Source: a virus
Virus record (IMG/VR): IMGVR_UViG_3300028549_001461
Location: 64,001-128,000 of that record
Reading direction: 5' to 3' (one strand)
Length of the DNA stretch: 64,000 nucleotides
Shown: in pieces, positions 49,755 through 59,795 of the stretch
How positions within the stretch are numbered: position 1 is the first letter of the stretch
Layout: each line of letters opens with the position of its first letter
Position numbers and translations under genes: made by a program
The notes under the pieces: generated by a model
What the model was told of the DNA's origin: nothing
Databases searched by the model: none
What the model saw: only the letters and a program-made list of their open reading frames with translations

Positions 49755-50327
49755 ATGATAGACGCAGCAAATATAACTAATTACAATTTAACAGATTTTG
49801 AGCTAGAAACGACACTTATGTTTTGGATACTAGCTGCCGGAAAAAATGGCACCCGTGCTGCAGAAATAACTAATAAACTTAGAGGATTTTGGAATACTTT
49901 TAGTAAAGATATAAGTACCTTTAATTCTTTAATGCATTACGATCTAGAAGAAACCATAGATTTATTAAAGGAGTATAAAACAGGTTGTCATAACAATAAA
50001 GCAAGAACATTATGGCAACTATGTCGAGAAGACCTAAATTTAAGAACTTGTACAGCAGAAGATCTTGAAAAAATATATGGTATAGGTATGAAAACATCCA
50101 GGTGTTTTATTATACATAGTAGGGAAAATGCGCCTTATGCCGGATTAGATACCCATATGTTGAAATATTTATCTAGTTTGGGGTATGATGTACCAAAAAA
50201 TACACCAAGCAGTAAAAAATTGTACTTGACAATTGAAAAGATAGTGCTTAATTTAGCACAAGAGTCAGGAAAAACTCCAGCAGATTTTGATTTATCTGTT
50301 TGGAACAAGTATAAAATTGTAAATTAA
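49755..50327 (+). CDS. HhH-GPD DNA glycosylase/lyase (Ogg-like)
   Basis: HhH motif L..IYGIGMKT, catalytic LDTH, Y..IE......A.....PA.FDL.VW. Confidence 0.75.
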   Translation: MIDAANITNYNLTDFELETTLMFWILAAGKNGTRAAEITNKLRGFWNTFSKDISTFNSLMHYDLEETIDLLKEYKTGCHNNKARTLWQLCREDLNLRTCTAEDLEKIYGIGMKTSRCFIIHSRENAPYAGLDTHMLKYLSSLGYDVPKNTPSSKKLYLTIEKIVLNLAQESGKTPADFDLSVWNKYKIVN

Positions 50328-50355
50328 CAAAAACAAATTAAAAGGAGAATGAGTA

Positions 50356-52212
50356 ATGGGAAGGATTATTGGAATAGATCTTGGTACAGGCTTTTCTTGT
50401 GTGTCAATTATGGAGAATGGAACTCCTAAGGTAATTGTAAACAGTGATGGTAACAGAACCACCCCTTCGGTAGTTGCATTTACTGATGAAGGTAAATTAG
50501 TTGGGGGTTCAGCAAAAAGACAAGCGGCCACAAACTCAAAGAGAACTATTTATGAGGCTAAGCGACTTATAGGAAGGAAATTTAAGGATAAAGAAGTACA
50601 AGATTTTGCAAAAATTACACCTTTCACGTTAAAGGAAGGTACTAGTGGTGAAGTACTAATTGAAGTAGATGGAAAAGAAATATCACCTGTAGAAATATCC
50701 GCAGCTGTTCTTGCAGAAATGAAAAAATTTGCGGAGGATTATTTAGGAGAAAAAGTTACAGAAGCCGTAGTGACTGTACCCGCGTATTTTACTGACGCTC
50801 AAAGGCAAGCTACTAAGGACGCTGGTGTAATAGCTGGTTTGGATGTAAAAAGAATTATTAGTGAACCAACCAGTGCAGCGTTGGCATATGGTTTAGAAGG
50901 TACAAAGGAAGAAAAAGTTTTAATAGTTGATACCGGTGCAGGAACACATGATGTGAGTTTACTTGAATTGGGTGATGGTGTAGTTGAAACAAAGGCCACT
51001 TCTGGTGACTCTTTCTTAGGTGGTACTGATTTTGATCAGGTTATTGTTAATTGGTTAGTTGCTGAGTTTAGAAAATCAGAGGGCATTGATTTATCTAAAG
51101 ATAACATGGCTCTTCAGAGACTCAAAGACGAAGCAGAAACTGCAAAAAAAGAGCTGTCTTCTGTAACAGAGGTTTCTATTAGTTTACCATTTATCACTGC
51201 AGACGCCAGTGGTCCAAAACATCTTTCTATGAAACTTACAAGAGCTAAGTTTGATGATATGACAAGACATTTAGTAGAAAGAATTTTAATACCGTGTAAG
51301 ACTGTTCTTAATGATTCAAACATCTCTATTGCTGAAATTGATGAAGTTATTTTAGTGGGAGGTTCCACCAGAATCCCAGCTATTCAAAAAGCAGTGGAAG
51401 ATTTCTTTGGTAAAAAAGCAAATAAATCAGTTAATCCTGATGAAGTTGTAGCTCAAGGCGCGGCTATTCAAGCTAGTATCATTGCTGGTGAAACCACAGA
51501 TGTATTACTTCTCGATGTAACTGCTCTTTCATTTAGTATTGAAACTTTAGGTGGTATTGCTACTAAAATTATAGAGAAAAATACTTCTATACCTGTACTT
51601 AGAACTCAAGTTTTTAGTACAGCTTCAGACAATCAAGATGCTGTTTCTATCCATGTTATACAAGGTGAAAGAGAAATGGCCAGAGATAATAAAACTTTAG
51701 GTAGATTTGACTTAATAGGCATACCTCCAGCACCACGTGGTGTTCCTCAAATTGAGGTTAGTTTTAATATTGATGCCAATGGTATTTTAACAGTTTCCGC
51801 TAAAGATTTAGGGACAGGTAAGGAACAATCTATAAAAATAGAATCTTCAAGTGGTTTGTCTAAGGAAGATATTGAACGTATGGTACGAGACGCTGAGGAA
51901 CATGCTGAAGCTGATAAGAATAAACGTGCATTAATCGAAGCTAAAAATCAAGCTGAGAGCACTGTATACCATATGGAAAAGACTTTAAAAGACAACGCTG
52001 AAAAGATCACTGAGGAAGAAAAACTCGCTGTTGAAACTAAGGTTAATGAACTACGTGAATTAGTTGGTAGTTCAGAAGATAAAGATCTAATCATGACAAA
52101 GCTTAATGAAGTTAATGAATCTTTTCATCCACTAGCTCAGAAAATATATGCACAAGCTTCTCAAGAAAGTGCACCTACTTCTGACGAGTTTACTGGCTCT
52201 GCTACCAATTAA
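50356..52212 (+). CDS. dnaK: Hsp70 chaperone DnaK
   Basis: [54 protein letters not shown]. Confidence 0.97.
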   Translation: MGRIIGIDLGTGFSCVSIMENGTPKVIVNSDGNRTTPSVVAFTDEGKLVGGSAKRQAATNSKRTIYEAKRLIGRKFKDKEVQDFAKITPFTLKEGTSGEVLIEVDGKEISPVEISAAVLAEMKKFAEDYLGEKVTEAVVTVPAYFTDAQRQATKDAGVIAGLDVKRIISEPTSAALAYGLEGTKEEKVLIVDTGAGTHDVSLLELGDGVVETKATSGDSFLGGTDFDQVIVNWLVAEFRKSEGIDLSKDNMALQRLKDEAETAKKELSSVTEVSISLPFITADASGPKHLSMKLTRAKFDDMTRHLVERILIPCKTVLNDSNISIAEIDEVILVGGSTRIPAIQKAVEDFFGKKANKSVNPDEVVAQGAAIQASIIAGETTDVLLLDVTALSFSIETLGGIATKIIEKNTSIPVLRTQVFSTASDNQDAVSIHVIQGEREMARDNKTLGRFDLIGIPPAPRGVPQIEVSFNIDANGILTVSAKDLGTGKEQSIKIESSSGLSKEDIERMVRDAEEHAEADKNKRALIEAKNQAESTVYHMEKTLKDNAEKITEEEKLAVETKVNELRELVGSSEDKDLIMTKLNEVNESFHPLAQKIYAQASQESAPTSDEFTGSATN

Positions 52213-52224
52213 TATTACCTTTAC

Positions 52225-52259
52225 TAAATAAGAGTACCTATACTAGGTACTCTTATTTA
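52225..52259. terminator. Perfect 16-bp hairpin after dnaK
   Basis: taaataagagtaccta-tac-taggtactcttattta. Confidence 0.75.
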
Positions 52260-52334
52260 CCTTTTGCTCTTAATAAACTAACTATATTATTATGTAATGT
52301 ATCTTAAAAAAATTTTCATATAAGGAGCAAATTT

Positions 52335-52859
52335 ATGGGTAACTATAATTATAATTTTTTTCAAATCCCTGCTTCTGGTCCTGTTGGTGGGGGAGCAGTA
52401 GGTAATCAACAAACAAGAGATGCCGATTCCAAAGTTTCTAATTTTGGTGCATTAAATTACGGCACAAGAAGTACAGACGACTACACAACCTTTGTAAAGA
52501 GTTTTAAATCTAAGGATGAGTGGCAAAATCCTGTTGTTGAAGAGCAACGTCCTTCTGGTTTTGGTGACTGGACTGGTGCTGATAACAATCCATATTCTGC
52601 CGGATCTACTGTTAAAAAAATACGCAACGATGAACTAGTTGTTATGATGCTTAAGTCACGTGATGCAAAAAGTCCTGAATACCCAAGTTTTGATATTATG
52701 GATACTAATGTTTCCCTTGACACTACTGTTAGTGGTGTAACCTATGTTACTGCTAGTGGTATAACTGTATCTGGTACTGGTATGTCCTTGTACTATCCTA
52801 ATGAAGGTTACAAACCTTTTGGTGGAAGAACTGGTGGTCCATTAGGTTACATGGCTTAA
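52335..52859 (+). CDS. Gly/Ser/Thr-rich probable virion protein
   Basis: 174 aa with TVSGVTYVTASGITVSG; monocistronic between hairpins. Confidence 0.55.
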   Translation: MGNYNYNFFQIPASGPVGGGAVGNQQTRDADSKVSNFGALNYGTRSTDDYTTFVKSFKSKDEWQNPVVEEQRPSGFGDWTGADNNPYSAGSTVKKIRNDELVVMMLKSRDAKSPEYPSFDIMDTNVSLDTTVSGVTYVTASGITVSGTGMSLYYPNEGYKPFGGRTGGPLGYMA

Positions 52860-52902
52860 TAAATTTTATAAATAATTTAGAATTTTTATTTGTAAGGAGG
52901 CA

Positions 52903-52930
52903 AAGGGGTCTACTTTATGGTAGGCCCCTT
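52903..52930 (+). terminator. Hairpin terminator
   Basis: aaggggtctac/gtaggcccctt stem. Confidence 0.65.
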
Positions 52931-52938
52931 AAATTACT

Positions 52939-53124
52939 ATGCATTGTTGTGAAGACTTACAAAATATAATAAATGACCATCCAGAACTTTTCAAAAAACA
53001 CTCTGACTATGGCGTACTTATAACTTGGTTAGAGTTATCAGAGGAAGTGACTTTTACTAAAAAACATAATTATGGTGTTCCAATTAGATTTTGCCCTTTT
53101 TGTGGTGAGAGGTTACGCAAATGA
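52939..53124 (+). CDS. Small Zn-ribbon protein
   Basis: N-terminal CC and C-terminal I.FCPFCG. Confidence 0.6.
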   Translation: MHCCEDLQNIINDHPELFKKHSDYGVLITWLELSEEVTFTKKHNYGVPIRFCPFCGERLRK

Positions 53125-53411
53125 TTAAAAACTTACTAATACACTTGTGTATTTTATTAGTATTGCTAGTCCCTAGTTATTTATCCCCATCTTTTATAAA
53201 TTTTGATATAGCTACTGACACACATTTAGTGGATACAAGAACACGTACTATTTATAAAATAACTGACATTACAGATGCTACTATATGTATTACTAACGTT
53301 TCTTTAAATACTGTACCAGATAATTCTAATGTTACAGCCAATCCAATCTCATGCATAAGTGAAGCTTTTATGTTTGATATTATACAGAATGGTATTTTAA
53401 AAATTATATGA
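53121..53411 (+). CDS. Hypothetical protein with N-terminal hydrophobic segment
   Basis: Signal/TM-like N-terminus. Confidence 0.45.
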   Translation: MIKNLLIHLCILLVLLVPSYLSPSFINFDIATDTHLVDTRTRTIYKITDITDATICITNVSLNTVPDNSNVTANPISCISEAFMFDIIQNGILKII

Positions 53412-53462
53412 TAATGTAGATTGCTATTATAGTAAATTATACAAATAAACTAAGGAGAAGTT

Positions 53463-53759
53463 ATGCAAAGAGGTTGGGAAGTTACTTTAAGTAATGGTGA
53501 AGTATTAAATGAAACTATATGTGAATGGCGTGAAGTACCCAAACTATCTATAAAAAAATTATCTTTGCTCTTTGATAATAGACGTTGGGATCTTTCCGAC
53601 AAGGCTGCTTATTTTGTTAGAAATACTGCATCAGTTGTTCCAGGCTCTCAGTCATCCTTTAGGGTAGAAAAGCGTTGCATAGGTTACTACGAGGGAAACA
53701 AGAAGATATTTTATTCTGTCAATGAACTTACTGGAGAATTCACAATGTTTGTAGAGTGA
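53463..53759 (+). CDS. Hypothetical protein
   Basis: AGGAG RBS; 98 aa. Confidence 0.55.
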   Translation: MQRGWEVTLSNGEVLNETICEWREVPKLSIKKLSLLFDNRRWDLSDKAAYFVRNTASVVPGSQSSFRVEKRCIGYYEGNKKIFYSVNELTGEFTMFVE

Positions 53760-54025
53760 ATTTAACTTATATGATTACCATGCTTGACGACATACATAAA
53801 TTATATTTGTCATACGCCCCTTTTAATAAATGGTTGGCTGAAGAAGAGCTTGTTGTTAATGGTACATACTTATGTAAGGCACAAGATTTCCATATTGGCA
53901 CTTGGACAGGAGAATATTTCTCTTACGTGGTAATTAGTTGCGGGCAAGTTATAAGAAAGAAAGCATATCATTATGATAATAAACTAAATAAAGGTACAGT
54001 AAAACCACTAAATATTGTAGATTAA
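53756..54025 (+). CDS. Hypothetical protein
   Basis: 89 aa coupled ORF. Confidence 0.45.
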   Translation: MNLTYMITMLDDIHKLYLSYAPFNKWLAEEELVVNGTYLCKAQDFHIGTWTGEYFSYVVISCGQVIRKKAYHYDNKLNKGTVKPLNIVD

Positions 54026-54039
54026 CTATAATAAATATG

Positions 54040-54068
54040 TTGCTTTATTTGTAAATATATATTATAAT
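54040..54068 (+). promoter_or_regulatory. Sigma70-type promoter
   Basis: TTGCTT-17 nt-TATAAT upstream of 54142. Confidence 0.55.
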
Positions 54069-54141
54069 ATATTTATAAACACATTAACTAATACAGTTAA
54101 TACTCATTAAAAAGAATTAAAAAGAATTAAGGAGAATTACA

Positions 54142-54612
54142 ATGAACAGATATCTAGATGTAGACGCAGAATTAGAAAATACCTTCCAAAATATTTTGGC
54201 CAATGACTTTCCTAACCTAGCCGGAATAACTTTTAAACTTTTATTCGACACAAAAAAAAGAGTAACAAAAGGTAATATTGTTATATCTTCTGTGGAGCTA
54301 ACTAATGAAAAAGTTAGATTTCTTACAGCAGATGCACTATCCCCTGAGGGTTACGACTGCTTGCTAATTTTAGATAATCTAGCTTGGCAGTATACTCCAG
54401 AATTAGATAAGAAAAGAATCTTATCACACGAATTAAACCACGTAATGTTAGACGAGAAGGGTAAACTAAAAATTGTAGGACATGATGTAGAAGACTTTGC
54501 TAGTGAAATAGCTAAAAATGCTGATGATCCAAATTGGTCAGTTAAGTTAGCACAAATTACAAGAGCCATTTATGATCAGCAGGAAGACCAACAACAAGAA
54601 GAGGTTATGTAA
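54142..54612 (+). CDS. Putative phage metallopeptidase
   Basis: HELNH (HExxH) followed by HDVEDF. Confidence 0.75.
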   Translation: MNRYLDVDAELENTFQNILANDFPNLAGITFKLLFDTKKRVTKGNIVISSVELTNEKVRFLTADALSPEGYDCLLILDNLAWQYTPELDKKRILSHELNHVMLDEKGKLKIVGHDVEDFASEIAKNADDPNWSVKLAQITRAIYDQQEDQQQEEVM

Positions 54613-54613
54613 T

Positions 54614-54868
54614 ATGAAAGCAAAAGAAAAAAAACAACAAGAAGTATCAGTAGACACTTGGGAATCTGACGTAAGATCTGAAATTAATGCACTTTTAGAT
54701 AGGCTACTTCCTCCAAGTGTTTCTGGAAGTATTCAGTTAAAATATAGTGACTTAGTGCTTATTGAGTTAGAGACTGGTACTGAGTATGATAATACAAAAG
54801 CCGTAGGAGCACAAGTTATTATAAATTTAAATTTTGACAATCCGATAAACAAAAATTTAGTTGTTTAA
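54614..54868 (+). CDS. Hypothetical protein
   Basis: ATG 54614 after GAGG. Confidence 0.5.
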   Translation: MKAKEKKQQEVSVDTWESDVRSEINALLDRLLPPSVSGSIQLKYSDLVLIELETGTEYDNTKAVGAQVIINLNFDNPINKNLVV

Positions 54869-54898
54869 TAGCACCATGTATTGAAAGGGAGTAGTTCT

Positions 54899-55489
54899 AT
54901 GCAAACAGCCACTGGTATTTATTTTAAAGATGGTGAAATACTTAGTTCCCACGGTGAAGCTAAGGTTTACAATATGAATGATGAACTTTTTCTAGAGGTG
55001 GGCCCTGGTCATAACTTATGGGCCTTAGAAAGTGAATACAAAGACTACATGGAGCAGTTGGGTGATAGACCAAGAGGTAACTGCCTTGAAATTGGTTTAG
55101 GTTTAGGTATAGCTTCAAGGTGTATTCTTACATACCCTAAAGTAGACTACCTAACAACTGTTGAACTTAGATCTGATGTTATAAAAACTCAAAAAGATAC
55201 TATAGATTTTTTAGACAGAAAATCTAATAAGTGGTTAGCTTATAATCCTTTAAAACATTCTATTATTAATGAGGATGGTTTAAAATTTATGATACGTACA
55301 AAAGAAAAGTATGATTTTATATTTTTGGATTTTTATAAACATATAGACGAAGACACTCTGCCTGTTATACAAGACATGGTAGCAGTGGCAAAAAAGATAT
55401 GTTTAAAAAGAGAAGGAAAAATATTAGGATGGTTCGACCCTCATACAGCAAAAGAATTTACGGAACCGTTTTTTAAGTTGTTTATTTAA
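54899..55489 (+). CDS. SAM-dependent methyltransferase / spermidine synthase-like fold
   Basis: LEIGLGLG, TTVE, II..DG..F......YDFIFLD. Confidence 0.8.
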   Translation: MQTATGIYFKDGEILSSHGEAKVYNMNDELFLEVGPGHNLWALESEYKDYMEQLGDRPRGNCLEIGLGLGIASRCILTYPKVDYLTTVELRSDVIKTQKDTIDFLDRKSNKWLAYNPLKHSIINEDGLKFMIRTKEKYDFIFLDFYKHIDEDTLPVIQDMVAVAKKICLKREGKILGWFDPHTAKEFTEPFFKLFI

Positions 55490-55510
55490 ATTTAATTGGT
55501 TTTTTAAAAT

Positions 55511-55543
55511 AACCCACTATTCTTTATGATTAGTGGGTTTTTT
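55511..55543 (+). terminator. Intrinsic terminator
   Basis: aacccacta/tagtgggtt stem followed by a T run. Confidence 0.65.
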
Positions 55544-55619
55544 AATATTCCTAAATTAACTGACCCTTATTATAATATAGATATTTTTTTATAAAAAAAA
55601 ATTTACAGGAGATTACTGT

Positions 55620-56240
55620 ATGAAAACTTTTGGATATTTAACTATCACATCTTGTATACTTTGTCTTTCTTTGGCAGGTTGTGCTGGTAATTACACAGAG
55701 TATGCTAAAGCTAAAAAATCAGAAAACTTAGCTATTCAATTACAAGCCGAGAAGGAAGAAAATAAACGCGAGGCTGTACAAAAGGAGCATGAGAAAAAGG
55801 TATTGGCAATGACGGAGAAGCTTATGACTGCTGTTGCAGCCACACCTGACCCAACAGATAATGTTGTAGCGCCTCTTCTTATATTAGTTTTAGAAGATAA
55901 ATGGGCGCAGTCGAAAGAGAACTCCGCAAGAAATGTAAAGGTTGCAACTACTTCTCCTATAGAACCACCTGAAACACTTGGTGAGACTATACAAAAATCA
56001 GGTGCTGTTATTTTAGGTGCTGGTGGTATATTCTTGGGTATAAGACAGTCTGATAATTTAGCTGATGTAGCTAAAGTTGGTATAGGTAGTGCTGGTACTA
56101 AATACACTGCTTCAGAGGGGAGTGTTATAAATACTGGAAAAATAGAAGAATCTCAAATTAGTGGAGCTAAAACAGAGTCTACAATAGCAGTGGACGACAG
56201 TTATAATAGTACGTCTTCAGAAAGAAACACAAGTAATTAA
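55620..56240 (+). CDS. Putative lipoprotein
   Basis: Signal peptide with lipobox LAGC; coiled coil. Confidence 0.65.
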   Translation: MKTFGYLTITSCILCLSLAGCAGNYTEYAKAKKSENLAIQLQAEKEENKREAVQKEHEKKVLAMTEKLMTAVAATPDPTDNVVAPLLILVLEDKWAQSKENSARNVKVATTSPIEPPETLGETIQKSGAVILGAGGIFLGIRQSDNLADVAKVGIGSAGTKYTASEGSVINTGKIEESQISGAKTESTIAVDDSYNSTSSERNTSN

Positions 56241-56256
56241 AGTATAGGTATTTAAT

Positions 56257-56802
56257 ATGAAAAAATTATTTATTTATTTATTATTAAGTTCTTTTATACT
56301 TATTGGTTGTGGTAAATTACCACCTATTTATAGTTACAATGTTGCTTCATTATCTTCAACAGTCCTTTCTATTACCTCAGCTCAAGCTAAAGTTAAATAT
56401 ATATTAGAATTCAAACAAGCGGAAACTAAAATATTTAGTGACGAGGAATGGTCCGCTTTAACAGATGTAGATGCCACTATAAATTTAATTGTGTTAAAAT
56501 ATAACACTTTAATTAGAGCTGATTTGGAAGACACAGACCTTTACGAAATGGTACTACTGTGGGATGTGGTTAAACTAAGTTATTCAAAAGCTCGTCAAGT
56601 TATTCTAAATCATTATTCTCAGTTTGACACTTCTTCTAAAATGCTTCTAAAAAGTTTCGATGACGAGGCTTTGAAAGTTTCAAGTAAAATAGACTTACTC
56701 ATGGTAGATCCCACAGACGAAAATATAAAAGAATCAATTGGCTTGGTACTTGATGTTATGAATTTAGCCATTAAATTAATTAGTGTAGCTATATTGCTAT
56801 AA
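56257..56802 (+). CDS. Putative lipoprotein/membrane protein
   Basis: MKK-hydrophobic-LIGC lipobox; hydrophobic C-terminus. Confidence 0.6.
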   Translation: MKKLFIYLLLSSFILIGCGKLPPIYSYNVASLSSTVLSITSAQAKVKYILEFKQAETKIFSDEEWSALTDVDATINLIVLKYNTLIRADLEDTDLYEMVLLWDVVKLSYSKARQVILNHYSQFDTSSKMLLKSFDDEALKVSSKIDLLMVDPTDENIKESIGLVLDVMNLAIKLISVAILL

Positions 56803-56814
56803 AGGAGATGTATT

Positions 56815-57120
56815 ATGATTAAGCCCTCATATAAATCACTTGAAGGTCAATCTTTGGGTGGTGTTTTACTTGGAGGATTATTTCTTTTGTACGAAGTTTT
56901 GTCTGATGGTAATGCGAAACTTCCACCGGCAGAAGATCTTATTAACTATGCAAATTCTGCTAAAGAAATGGCGGATGCTATAAGAGCCTCTGGTACTTTA
57001 GATGTGGCATCCTTATCAAATATGGGTAAGACAGGTTTAATTTTAGTTTTTATGTATAAAATGTACGATAAATTTGTAGACGCAAGGACAGAATTAAAGA
57101 AGAAAGCGTTGGAAAAATGA
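56815..57120 (+). CDS. Small membrane protein (holin-like candidate)
   Basis: Two hydrophobic segments, charged C-terminus, AGGAG RBS. Confidence 0.45.
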   Translation: MIKPSYKSLEGQSLGGVLLGGLFLLYEVLSDGNAKLPPAEDLINYANSAKEMADAIRASGTLDVASLSNMGKTGLILVFMYKMYDKFVDARTELKKKALEK

Positions 57121-57278
57121 AAATAGTTGCTTTTTTAATTTGTTTATTTTTGGGACACATATTTTTTGTTTGTAGTTGTTCTCAAGTATCTTACAATTAT
57201 ACACCATTTAAAACAGGTTCAGAGGTTGCTCCTCCCAAGGCCTGTATAGATGGTAAAATAAATGGTGTAGATTGTTAG
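57117..57278 (+). CDS. Small lipoprotein (53 aa, missing from the ORF track)
   Basis: MKIVAFLICLFLGHIFFVCSC...TGSEVAPPKACIDGKINGVDC; ATGA overlap with the upstream gene. Confidence 0.55.
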   Translation: MKIVAFLICLFLGHIFFVCSCSQVSYNYTPFKTGSEVAPPKACIDGKINGVDC

Positions 57279-57279
57279 A

Positions 57280-57709
57280 TATGCTACCAGAAGACTTAGA
57301 TAAATTAACTAAAGAAGAACGAATAGATTTGTATGATAAATTAACAGTTATTTTTAAAAAAACCTTAAACAGATTTAAGTATGTACCAGATATAGTATTA
57401 TGGGATGTGCTGGACCACTGGGAAACTTATAAACAAATTCCAGACAGTGGTATTATAGAGGGAGATTGTGACTGTTTTGCTTTAGCTTGTAGAAAAGAAT
57501 GTCACTTTTTAAATATACCTTCTAGATTATTATTTTGTACTGTGTTTATGAATAATAGACGTTCGGGGCATTTGGTTTTAGAGTGTGCAGGTTTTATTCT
57601 TGATTGTAGACAGAAAGAAGTTGTTGTTAATAACCAACTAACTGATTATTTATGGGTCTCTATTTCTGGATATAATACTGGGGATCCTTGGTGTAGGGTT
57701 TATTTATAA
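57280..57709 (+). CDS. Transglutaminase-like cysteine proteinase (BTLCP family)
   Basis: D.W, GDCDCFA, GHLVL and ILD give a Cys-His-Asp triad. Confidence 0.8.
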
Positions 57710-57742
57710 CTTATAATTAATAAAAACTTTAGAGGTATTAAA

Positions 57743-57895
57743 ATGGATATAGAAAATATGTTATTAAGTTGTTTGAAAGCGGTTAATATAGGGTCAATTT
57801 TTTTTATATCCCTTTTGCTATTAAACAAAGTTTATCGTAGACTTTCAGGTAGTACTGATAATATAAACCACAAACGTAGGATTTACGATATTTAG
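57743..57895 (+). CDS. Small single-TM protein (50 aa)
   Basis: GAGG RBS; hydrophobic core followed by a basic tail. Confidence 0.4.
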   Translation: MDIENMLLSCLKAVNIGSIFFISLLLLNKVYRRLSGSTDNINHKRRIYDI

Positions 57896-57922
57896 TAAAT
57901 TCGTTTAAAGAGGAAAAAGTCT

Positions 57923-58444
57923 ATGTGTAGTTTATTTTTTAAAAAAGACATAACTATTTCTAATTACCCAATACGTATGCCTTCTTTTAGTCCTGTACGT
58001 ATACCTACTAAAGGTTTACCTTGGTGGCAAAAAATAAAACAAGAATTTAGTAGACGTATGTGGGTTATAGACCATGATTACTTTCTTTATATTCCTTGGC
58101 TTAATGAAACAATTTTCATACCTAAAGGATTCGTTTTTGACGGTGCGTCTGTGCCTAGAGTTTTTTGGCCTATATTAGATCCTGTAGGTATTTTACTTAT
58201 AGGTAGTATTTTTCATGATTTTAGTTATGTTTATGGCTACCTGTTGAATTGTGCTGGTGATAAAGTTTTTGTTAACAAGCCCCAATCTTTTTACGACCAA
58301 CTACTACGAGATATTACTGTATATGTCAATGATACTTATCTTTTAAATGATATAGCTTACATTGTTTTAAGACTTTTTGGGCGTTTTGCCTGGAATAGAA
58401 GTAGAAAAATACCTAGCAATGCTATAGAAGATTTACTTGTCTAA
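57923..58444 (+). CDS. DUF1353 domain protein
   Basis: IP.GF..DGAS.PR..W......HD..Y..D...LR.FG..AW. Confidence 0.85.
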   Translation: MCSLFFKKDITISNYPIRMPSFSPVRIPTKGLPWWQKIKQEFSRRMWVIDHDYFLYIPWLNETIFIPKGFVFDGASVPRVFWPILDPVGILLIGSIFHDFSYVYGYLLNCAGDKVFVNKPQSFYDQLLRDITVYVNDTYLLNDIAYIVLRLFGRFAWNRSRKIPSNAIEDLLV

Positions 58445-58465
58445 CGTGCTGGTTAAAGAGGAGTT

Positions 58466-58639
58466 ATGCAACAATTAAAACAAATAACAAATTATGTATT
58501 TACTGAAGATGATCTTGACTCTTGCTGGCCTCACTACAAAGCATATTTAGTGGAAATCCTTAACGGAGAATATACTTTGGATGCTGCTAAAGAGGACCTC
58601 ATCAGTTTGATTGGTAGTAAATACGACAGTCGCACATAA
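58466..58639 (+). CDS. Hypothetical protein (57 aa)
   Basis: GAGGAG RBS; MQQLKQ... Confidence 0.5.
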   Translation: MQQLKQITNYVFTEDDLDSCWPHYKAYLVEILNGEYTLDAAKEDLISLIGSKYDSRT

Positions 58640-58660
58640 CTATTTAATAGAGGAAAAACA

Positions 58661-59545
58661 ATGGCTAACTTTAGTGCAGTACTAGTAGGAATAAATAAGT
58701 ACAATAGTGCTCCTCTGCGTGGATGCGTTAATGACGTTATAATAATGCGTGATATCCTTGTTAAGATTTATGGTGTTCCAGCGCATCAAATACGTTTGGT
58801 CCTTGATGAAAGAGCTACAAAAGAAAACATACTTGAAAGATTAGAGTGGTTAATAACTAATGACGCAGAAAATAAATTATTTTATTACTCTGGTCATGGT
58901 GCTCAGATCCCAGTACAGAATTACTCTACAGACAATTACGAACCAGACTCTATGGATGAATTGATTTGTCCTGTAGATTTTGATTGGGATGGTACTTATA
59001 TATTAGATAACCATATTGAATTACTTGTACGTAAATTAAAGATAGGGCACCACATGTCTATGGTAATTGATGCTTGCCATAGCGGTTCAATAGACAGGGC
59101 ACACAGCGATGGGGATTTACGAATAAAAAAGATAGACACACCATTAGATTTAATGTCCCGACTTTCAGGAATATCTTTGTCTAATGATATTTTTGAGGAT
59201 AAGCTAATGTCTAATATTAAAAATGAAGATGATAGATTTTTTCTGGATAACCTTTTTCCACAAGATGATTGTATTCCGATAAATACTCCTTCATATAGTA
59301 AACATAATATATCTATTATTACTGGATGTAAGGATGACCAGACTTCTGCAGATGCTTATTTCACTAATAGATATCAAGGTGCTTTGTCTTTTGTTATGCA
59401 AAGTATTCTTCTAAAAAATCCTAAAATAGATCTGAAGTCATTAAGGGATCGGTGTGAAGAAATTTTAAAGAACCGTCGTTTTGAACAAACTCCACAGGTA
59501 ATTAGTAGCGAAGATAATATTGTAAAACCTTTTATACAACTGTAG
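58661..59545 (+). CDS. Metacaspase (peptidase C14)
   Basis: GIN.Y...L.GCVND, YYSGHG, DACHSG dyad, QTSAD, Q.PQ. Confidence 0.92.
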   Translation: MANFSAVLVGINKYNSAPLRGCVNDVIIMRDILVKIYGVPAHQIRLVLDERATKENILERLEWLITNDAENKLFYYSGHGAQIPVQNYSTDNYEPDSMDELICPVDFDWDGTYILDNHIELLVRKLKIGHHMSMVIDACHSGSIDRAHSDGDLRIKKIDTPLDLMSRLSGISLSNDIFEDKLMSNIKNEDDRFFLDNLFPQDDCIPINTPSYSKHNISIITGCKDDQTSADAYFTNRYQGALSFVMQSILLKNPKIDLKSLRDRCEEILKNRRFEQTPQVISSEDNIVKPFIQL

Positions 59546-59555
59546 CAGTATAAAG

Positions 59556-59786
59556 ATGAAATGTTTAATATACGCAATAAATAAGTTTAAATCTGACGGG
59601 GGTTACATAGTTATAAGACGTTGCAGAGTTTTTAAATATTTATGGTTGCCTCATTTTTTACATGCAGAAAGAATAGAGGGTGTTACACATATGGGAGGTA
59701 AGGTCCCTCCAGGAAAATGGTGGCAAGAGCTTTGGTGGTTAGTTACAGGTCAAAATTACGTAATGAAATATGATGATGACTTATAA
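59556..59786 (+). CDS. Hypothetical protein
   Basis: 76 aa ORF. Confidence 0.45.
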   Translation: MKCLIYAINKFKSDGGYIVIRRCRVFKYLWLPHFLHAERIEGVTHMGGKVPPGKWWQELWWLVTGQNYVMKYDDDL

Positions 59787-59795
59787 TTTATTTTG

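Noticed and set aside
414-59577. Numerous 60-140 aa antisense or nested ORFs in the ORF track
   Set aside because: They are shadows of long, well-supported genes, with no RBS or motif support.
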